NCBI GenBank assembly: GCA_964615535.1
Contig: CAZTNV010000001.1
Span: 3,012 to 59,505 of the forward strand
Reading direction: 5' to 3'
DNA length: 56,494 nt
From: an uncultured Mycobacteriaceae bacterium
GTDB taxonomy: Bacteria; Pseudomonadota; Alphaproteobacteria; DSM-16000; Inquilinaceae
Shown: positions 34,114 to 41,100 of the stretch, one piece after another
How the letters are laid out: the number at the start of each line of letters is the position of its first letter
How positions within the stretch are numbered: position 1 is the stretch's first letter
Made by a program: the position numbers and the translations under genes
The notes under the pieces: model-generated
Databases searched by the model: none
Told to the model about the DNA's origin: nothing
The model's input: the letters and a program-made list of their open reading frames with translations, nothing else

Positions 34114-35288
34114 CGTCCCTCCGAAAGGCGCACCAGATCGCCATCCGCCAGGAAGCCGGCCCCGAGCCCGACGACCCGCGCGCCGGGGGCGAGGCCCTCG
34201 GCGATGGTGGGCAGCCCCTCGGGCGTGCGCGGGCCGAGCGCGACACGCCGCATCGCGACGCGCAGCAGGCCCTCCCCCGCCGCTTCCCCGGCCAGGAAGA
34301 CGACCGGCGCGCCGTCGCGGAACGACACCGCCTCGGCCGGCAGCACCGCCAACTCCTGCCCGCCCGTCTCGATCTCCGCGGTGACGAACATGCCGATCGC
34401 GAGCGGCGTGCCGGGCGGCAGGGCGACATGCACGATACCGAGCCGGGTCGCCCCTGCCAGCGCGGGTGCGATGCGCGCGACCTCGCCCGTGAAGCGGCGC
34501 CCCCCGTGCAGGACGACGACGCGCTGGCCCCGGGCGATCGTCGCCAGGGCGAGTTCCGGCACGCGCGCCTGAAGCTCGATCCGGCCCTGCCGCAGCAGGG
34601 TGAAGGCGATCTGCCCGGGCACGCCGACCGCACCAAGCAGGATGTCGCGCGTCAGCACGACGCCGTCATCGGGTGCGGTCAGCCGGGTCTGCGCGAGCCG
34701 CGCCGCCGCTTCCAGCCGCGCCGCGCGCAGCGAGGCGAGGCGCGCCTCGCTGCGCAGCAGCTCGGCCTGCCGCTGATCGAGCGCCTGCCGCGCGGCGGCC
34801 TGGGTCGCAACCAGCGGGCGGATACGTTCGAGGTCCGCGCGGGCGAGGTCGCGCGCCGCCTCCGCCTCGGCGATCGCGGCTTCGGCCTGCGCGAGCTGTG
34901 CGGCTGGCAGCGCATCCTCGAAGCGCGCCAGGAGCTGGCCCGCGCGCACCGCCTCGCCCTCGGCGACGAGCAGCTCAGCCACCCGGAGGCCGCCCGTTTC
35001 GATGCCGATGCGCAGCTCCTCCCAGGCGGCGATCGCGCCATCGGCCGGGATGCGGCGCTCGACGCGCTGCGGCCGCGCCGCGACGAGCGTCACGGTCAGC
35101 GCCGCGGCGGGCACGGCGCCATGATCCGCGGCGGGCGCCGTTGGTCCGGTGGCGGGCGCATGCAACGCCATCGCCGCCGCGCCCAGCATCGCCCCGGCGA
35201 GGAAGGCCGCGAGCGCAAGCCCCCGCTGCCGAGCCCGCGCAGCTTTCGCGGGCAGGCGCCAGTGATGGCGGGTCAGCGTGTCGGGCAT
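34110..35288 (-). CDS. RND efflux periplasmic adaptor (membrane fusion protein, HlyD family)
   Basis: Lipoyl-like VAELLVAEGEAVRAGQLLARF and coiled coil AQAEAAIAEAEAARDLARADLERIRPL. ATGA overlap with the RND start. The start is ambiguous between ATG 35288 and GTG 35318. Confidence 0.85.
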   Translation of the reverse strand: MPDTLTRHHWRLPAKAARARQRGLALAAFLAGAMLGAAAMALHAPATGPTAPAADHGAVPAAALTVTLVAARPQRVERRIPADGAIAAWEELRIGIETGGLRVAELLVAEGEAVRAGQLLARFEDALPAAQLAQAEAAIAEAEAARDLARADLERIRPLVATQAAARQALDQRQAELLRSEARLASLRAARLEAAARLAQTRLTAPDDGVVLTRDILLGAVGVPGQIAFTLLRQGRIELQARVPELALATIARGQRVVVLHGGRRFTGEVARIAPALAGATRLGIVHVALPPGTPLAIGMFVTAEIETGGQELAVLPAEAVSFRDGAPVVFLAGEAAGEGLLRVAMRRVALGPRTPEGLPTIAEGLAPGARVVGLGAGFLADGDLVRLSEGR

Positions 35289-35295
35289 CCCTGCG

Positions 35296-36132
35296 TCAGC
35301 CTGCGGCACCGGCGGCACCGGCGCGATGGGGTGCGCAGCCGGGGTCCAGGGCAGGCAGAAATGCGCGCCGCGGCAGATGATCCGGCAGCGCCTGGACGAT
35401 CGCGTCGAGCACCGCGGCCGGATCCTCGCTCAGATAGAAATGCGTGCCGGGGAAGGTCGCGAGGCGGAAGGAGCCACCCGCCTGGTGCGACCAGCCGGCC
35501 ATCTCCTCCAGGCTTACCTCCTCATCCTCGGTTCCCGTCAGGGCGAGCATGGGCGCCTCGAGCGGCGTGCCCGGCACGTGGCGGTGCAGTTCGGTCATCG
35601 CGAAATCCGCCCGCAGCACCGGCTCCACGAGACGCATGAGCTGGGGATGCGCCAGAATCTCGGGCGCGGTTCCGCCCAGGCCGTCCAGCGCGGCGCACAG
35701 CGCAGGAAAGGGCAGCGCGTGGCGCCGGCGCGCCGGGTGGATGTCCCGGTCGGGCGGCTGGCGGCCCGAGACGGCGAGCAGCGCGGGCGAGAGCGCGTAG
35801 CGGTCGCGCAGCAGGCGCGCCGTCTCGAAGGCGATCAGGGCGCCCAGCGAATGGCCGAAGAGCGCGAAGGGCCGATCGAGCCGGGCGCGCAGCGCCGGCG
35901 CCAGCGCCGCGACGAGCGCGCGCGCCTCGGTGAAGGGTGCCTCGGCGCGGCGCAGCCCGTGGCCGGGCAGTTCGACCGGCAGCAGGGCAAGGCCGCGCTG
36001 CGCCGCCGGTGCCATCCAGGGCCGGTAGAAGGCCGCCGTGCCGCCGGCGAAAGGGAAGCAGAAGAGGAGCGTCTCCGCCGCCTCCGGCGCGAAGGGGAAC
36101 CACGGCTCGGCGTGGGCTCGAAGGTCTTGCAT
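35296..36132 (-). CDS. Type II thioesterase (YbtT/GrsT family)
   Basis: LLFCFPFAGGTAAFYRPW and nucleophile elbow LFGHSLGALIAFE. GGAGA lies 6 nt before the ATG at 36132. Confidence 0.85.
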   Translation of the reverse strand: MQDLRAHAEPWFPFAPEAAETLLFCFPFAGGTAAFYRPWMAPAAQRGLALLPVELPGHGLRRAEAPFTEARALVAALAPALRARLDRPFALFGHSLGALIAFETARLLRDRYALSPALLAVSGRQPPDRDIHPARRRHALPFPALCAALDGLGGTAPEILAHPQLMRLVEPVLRADFAMTELHRHVPGTPLEAPMLALTGTEDEEVSLEEMAGWSHQAGGSFRLATFPGTHFYLSEDPAAVLDAIVQALPDHLPRRAFLPALDPGCAPHRAGAAGAAG

Positions 36133-36145
36133 CGCAGGTCTCCGA

Positions 36146-37012
36146 TCAGGCTTCGGCAAGCAGGGCGGCGATCATCGCGGCGCGATCGGGCATCGGCGGG
36201 GGCGCGTCGCCGGGCCGCGCCGCGCGGCGCAGCCGATGAGCGAGGTAGCGGACACGACCGCCGGCCATGGCGCGGTGCAGCGGCGATCCGGGACCGGCGC
36301 GATACGCCTCTAGGAAGGCGGCGAGGCGAGGCGATTCGCGCGCCGCATCGCCGAACACGGCGAGCTCCGCCGCCGCGCCCTCGGCCCTGGCGGCGAGGAC
36401 GTTCGCCGTGATGTCGTGCTCGCTCTCCTGCTCGAATCCCGCTGCCGCGAGATGCTCGCGCATGGCCGCCGCGGCGGTCTCCGGCACGAGGTCGGCCAGC
36501 ACGAAGATGCCGTCCGGGCGCAGCACGCGATGGGCATGGCTGATGAAGCCGGCCTGGTCCGGATAGGCGCATGAGCTTTCGATGTTCAGCACGAGGTCGA
36601 AGGCGGCGTCGCGGTATGGCAGGCGGCAGGCGTCCCCCTGCTGGATGCGCGCCGCCGCGAGCTCCGGCAGGGCACGGCAGCGCGCGACATTGGCGGCGGC
36701 GATGTCGAGCCCCGACAGGCTGCGGCAGGCGAAGAGCCGCGCCAGCAGGAGCATGGTACCGCCACGCCCGCAGCCGATGTCGAGCACGTCGAGCCCGTCC
36801 GGCGCGACCGGACCGAGCGCCTCCAGCACGAGGCGCCATTGCGGGCGCTGCGCGACATGGGCGGGCGGTTCGCGCCGTGCGTCGCGCGCCGCACCGCCAT
36901 AGCCCCAGTTGAGGAACAGCGCGCCCGACCCCAACCCGCGCGCCGCAAGGTTCCGGTCGAGCTCGGCATAGATCGCCGCATTCGCGGCCAGCGCCTCCTC
37001 AGCCGATGGCAT
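36146..37012 (-). CDS. Class I SAM-dependent methyltransferase (stand-alone)
   Basis: Motif I LDVLDIGCGRGGTMLLLARLF and post-I LSGLDIAAANV. Starts MPSAEE; overlaps the upstream stop by 14 nt. Confidence 0.8.
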   Translation of the reverse strand: MPSAEEALAANAAIYAELDRNLAARGLGSGALFLNWGYGGAARDARREPPAHVAQRPQWRLVLEALGPVAPDGLDVLDIGCGRGGTMLLLARLFACRSLSGLDIAAANVARCRALPELAAARIQQGDACRLPYRDAAFDLVLNIESSCAYPDQAGFISHAHRVLRPDGIFVLADLVPETAAAAMREHLAAAGFEQESEHDITANVLAARAEGAAAELAVFGDAARESPRLAAFLEAYRAGPGSPLHRAMAGGRVRYLAHRLRRAARPGDAPPPMPDRAAMIAALLAEA

Positions 37013-38141
37013 GGGCGCCGCTCCGGGCAGCAAGGCCGATCGTCGCCGGTGGCGGCGGCGGCGGCACGGATCGCAGGACCGGCGCGCCCGCCCGCTGGTT
37101 CGCGAGCAGCCAGGCACGCGCGACGGCGAGCAGATGCTCGGCGGACTGGCCGGCCGGCGCCGCCGCGCCGCGCACCGCGGCGGCGAAGGCGGCGATCGCC
37201 GCCGCCGCCGCCCCGGGCAGGGCGTCGGCAAGCGCCTCGGCCCCGGTCGGCGCCGAGGTCTCGGTGCAGGCCACCATCGGCGCGTCGAGGAAGGGGCGCG
37301 CGGCCCCCGGCACCTCGCCCGGCAGCAGCAGTGATCCGGCATTTTCGGCATAGCCCGGCAGATGCAGCGGCCGGCTGATCACGACCGGGCCGAAGCTGCT
37401 GGCGAGCGCGATGCTGCCCTCCGGGCCGCCCGCCGCGATCCGGTGCATCACCAGCGAATGGTGGTCGGGATCGCGCGGGTCGAGATAGGTCTGCAATCTA
37501 AGGGAGAAATCGAGCCCGGCCAGCATGCCCGCGAGGTGGACGAAGCAGCCGGGGCGCCCCGCCGCGGGCGGCGGCGCGATGTCGAGCCGGTCGAGCCCGC
37601 CGAGCGCGCGCCCGAGCAGGTCGAGCGTCGAGTAGAGGAGCTGGCGGCTTGTCGTCGCCTCGACATAGCCCTGGCTTTCCGGCGTCGCCCGGCGCCAGGC
37701 GCGGAGAGCGTCGGCGAAGCGCCGCTGCGCCGGCAGCAGCGGATAGAGGCTGTTGACATGGAAGGGCAGGCGGGCCTGCGCCGCCGCGCCGAGCAGGCGC
37801 TGCATCTCGGTCGGATGCAGCGGGTGTTCCATCAGCACGGGCCGCCCCGCGAACAGCAGCGCCTCCGCCAGCGCCGTGCCGGCGCCGCCGAGCGCGCCGG
37901 CCCGGATCACCACCGCGGCCGCGTCGCAGGCCGGCAGGGCGGCCGCGACGTCGGTGAACAGCGGCACGCCGAAATGGCGCGCGAGGCGGTGCGACCTCTC
38001 GCTGCCGCGTGCCAGCAGACCGGCGAGCACGACGCCCGGCACGCTGCGCGCCAGCGCCGCGAGGTAGGTCTCCCCGAAGCGCGTCCCGCAGACCAGCAGC
38101 CGGAGCGGCGCGCCGGGCAGGGGGCTCCCGTCCGGCATCAT
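36999..38141 (-). CDS. Thiazolinyl imide reductase (YbtU/PchG/Irp3 family oxidoreductase)
   Basis: N-terminus LRLLVCGTRFGETYLAALARSVPGVVLAGLLARGSERS is typical of this family. Start ATGATG overlaps the PKS stop. Confidence 0.7.
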   Translation of the reverse strand: MMPDGSPLPGAPLRLLVCGTRFGETYLAALARSVPGVVLAGLLARGSERSHRLARHFGVPLFTDVAAALPACDAAAVVIRAGALGGAGTALAEALLFAGRPVLMEHPLHPTEMQRLLGAAAQARLPFHVNSLYPLLPAQRRFADALRAWRRATPESQGYVEATTSRQLLYSTLDLLGRALGGLDRLDIAPPPAAGRPGCFVHLAGMLAGLDFSLRLQTYLDPRDPDHHSLVMHRIAAGGPEGSIALASSFGPVVISRPLHLPGYAENAGSLLLPGEVPGAARPFLDAPMVACTETSAPTGAEALADALPGAAAAAIAAFAAAVRGAAAPAGQSAEHLLAVARAWLLANQRAGAPVLRSVPPPPPPATIGLAARSGAHAIG

Positions 38142-41100
38142 GCCACCTGCCGCCGGCTCTCGAGCAGCGCGGCCAACTCGCCCAGCGTCGCGGCGGAGAG
38201 CGCCGCCTCGGCGTCGAGCGTGACGCCGAGCTCGCGCCGCGCCCGCTCGCCGAGGTCGAGGAACATCAGCGAGTCGATGCCGAGCTGGATCAGCCCGGCG
38301 TCGCAATTCACCTCCTCCGGCGGGCGGCCGACGAGGCGCGCGACGGCGGCACGCAGCCAGCCCAGCACGTCCCCGGCCGCCGTGTCGGCGGCGGCGGCGG
38401 CGCTCGCGTCCGGCGCCTCGCCGTTGAGCAGCGCAAGCGCGGCCGGGTCCGCCGCAACCAGACTGGCGCGCGAGCGCGCCATCGCCGCGCCAAGCGCCGC
38501 CAGCCCGGCCTCGTTCGACATGCCGGCGGTGCGGAAGCGGGCCGCCAGCGCCTGGTGATCGGGGCGCAGCGCCTCGCGCCAATGGTCCCAGGCGATGGCC
38601 GTCGCGGCGATGCCCTCTGCCCGTGCGGCCCGCGCCAGCGCTTCGAGCGCCGCATTGGCACCGGCATGCGCGCCCTCTCCCGGCGGCCCGAGCACCGCGG
38701 CCAGGGAGGAGAAGAACACCACCGGTGCGCCGGGGCGACCGCGCATCGCCGCCAGGATCGCGGTCGCGGCGTCGAGCTTGACGGCGATCGCCTCGCGCAG
38801 CTCCGCGTAGTCCTGCCTGGCGACCAGGCCATCACGCACCAGGCCGGCAAGGTGGAACACCGCCGCCGGCATGACGCCCGCCTCGGCGAGGCGCCGGAAC
38901 CCCGCCTCGACCGCCGCCGCATCGGCGCAGTCCACGCCCTCGATCAGGCGCAGCGTCACGCCGTGCGCGGCGCGCAGCGCATCGAGCGCGGCCGCCTCGT
39001 CCGCCCGCGGTGCGCGGTGCAGGAACAGCGTGATGTCCCCGGCGCCCTGCCGCGCCAGCCAGTCCGTCACGACCCTCCCGAGGCGGGAGAGCCCGCCGGT
39101 CAGCACCACGCTGCCCTCGGCCGGCAGCGTCCAGGCGGCGGCGATCGCCGGCGGCACTGCCGCGAAGCGCCGGACCAGCGGCTGGCCGCGCCGCAGCGCG
39201 CCGAGCATGCCCGTCGGGAGCGCGAAGCCGGCGACGATCCGCCCGAGGCTGGCCGCGTGGTCATCCGCATCCAGCACCTCGACCGGCACCGAGGGGGTCT
39301 CCCGGGCGAGCGATAGCCCCATGCCGTGCGCCATGGCCAACAGGGGTTCGCGCAGCGCCTCGCCAGGCAGGGCCAGGGCACCGCGGGTCACGATGGCCGC
39401 GCCCGCGGCCTCCGGCCGGTCATGCAACGCGCGTGCCAGCGAGGCGAGACCGGCCTGCAGCGGCGCAAGCCGCGCGGAAGGGACGGTCCCGGACGGGCCG
39501 AGCAGGTCCTCGGCCAGCAGCAGGCGGCGCGCGCCGATCGGCGCCGCCGCCTCGGCCAACGCCACCTCGCAGGGAATCCCGGCCGCGGTGGCGGCGGCCC
39601 GCAGCGCCTCGGTCATCGGCGCGCCCTCCCGCCCGATCAGCCACAGCGCGGCGGGTATGGGCGCGGCAGCGGCCGGCAGCGCCTCCCAGCGCTCGGCCGC
39701 CAGCATGGCGGGCTCCACCGAGATGCCGGCCAGACAGGGGCGGGCCGCGGCGGGTTCCAGCCAGGCGACGGGGAAGTCGGTGCCCTCCGCCACCAGGGCG
39801 AGGCCGCCGCCCGCGGCCTCGGCCAAGCCGACCCGCGCACGGCCCGGCAGCGCCGCGATGCAAAGCCGTCCGGGCGGCGCGGCGAGGCCGGCGACGAGAG
39901 TCGCCAGCGCCTCGGCCCCCTCGGTCGCCGGCGCCGCCCGCCGCGCGAGGATCGCCGGCGGGTCGCCGATCGTGCCGGTCTCGCAACGCGCCCGCGCCAC
40001 CGGCCGGGCATCCGGCCCCGATGTCATGAGCACCAGGGCCCCGTCCTCGCGCAGCAGCCTGAGCGGCGTGCCGGGCGCGGGGCGGGCGCCGGTCGCGATG
40101 GCGGCAAGGGTGCCCGGCAGCAACCCTGCCGCGACCGCCGCCTCGGCCAGCAGGGCAAGGGAGCCCGCCCCCGCTCGCGCCTCGCCCTGCCAGAGCGGGG
40201 CGGGGCCGGCCGCGGGCGCCGCGGCGGCCGGCGGCAGCCGACGGGCGATGATCACGGCTTCGCCCATCGCCGCCGCGGTCTCGTCTTCCTCCGGGAAGGC
40301 CGCAGCCTGTTCGAGACCGGCGGCGCGTGCCGCCCCGCACCAGGCGGCGGGCGGGGCGAAGAGCCCGCCGCGCGCCTCATGATCCTCCACCTCCGGCGCC
40401 AGCGCGCCGAAGACCAGGTCGAACAGCGGCTTGCGCTCGGCGATCTCGCGCAGCAGCAGCACGCCGCCGGGGCGCAGCAGCGGCGCGATCCGCGCCATCG
40501 CGCCGGCAAGGCTCGGCGCGTTGTGCAGCACGTTCGCCGCGACGACGATGTCGAAGCTCTCTGCCGCGAAGCCCTGCGCGGCGGGATCGCGTGCGATGTC
40601 GAAGGGGCGGAACTCCATCCCGCGCACCCCGGCAAAGCGCTCCCGCGCCCGGGCGAGGAAGAGCGGCCCGACATCGGTGAAGACGTAGCGCCCGCAGGCA
40701 TCGCCGAGTGCCGCCAGCACCGCGTCGGTGGTCCCGCCGGTGCCGGCGCCGAGTTCGAGGACGCTCACCGGCCGTCCTGCCGCGGCCGCCGCCGCGCCTG
40801 CCAGCCGGGCGAGGATGGCATTGAGGTGCGGGCTGTAGTGCTCGTGCTTGTAGAGCGCGGCGGCATCGCCGGAATCGCCATCGGGGAAGACGAGGGAGAC
40901 GAGCGGCACCTCGCCGCGCAGGACCTCGGCGAGCCGCGGCGCGGTGCGGGCGATCAGCCGCCCGAGTCCGGGCGAAACGAGGCCATCGGCGGCCGGCGGC
41001 GCGCCCGAAAGGCCGAGCACGGCGTAGCGCCCCGCCCCCTCGCGCCGCACCCCGCCACCCTCCGCGAGATCCTCGATCAGCCGGCCGAGAAGCTGTCGGA

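Noticed and set aside
31015-34572. 1185 aa plus-strand ORF opposite the RND and MFP genes
   Set aside because: It is antisense to clear AcrB-family and adaptor frames and is low-complexity.
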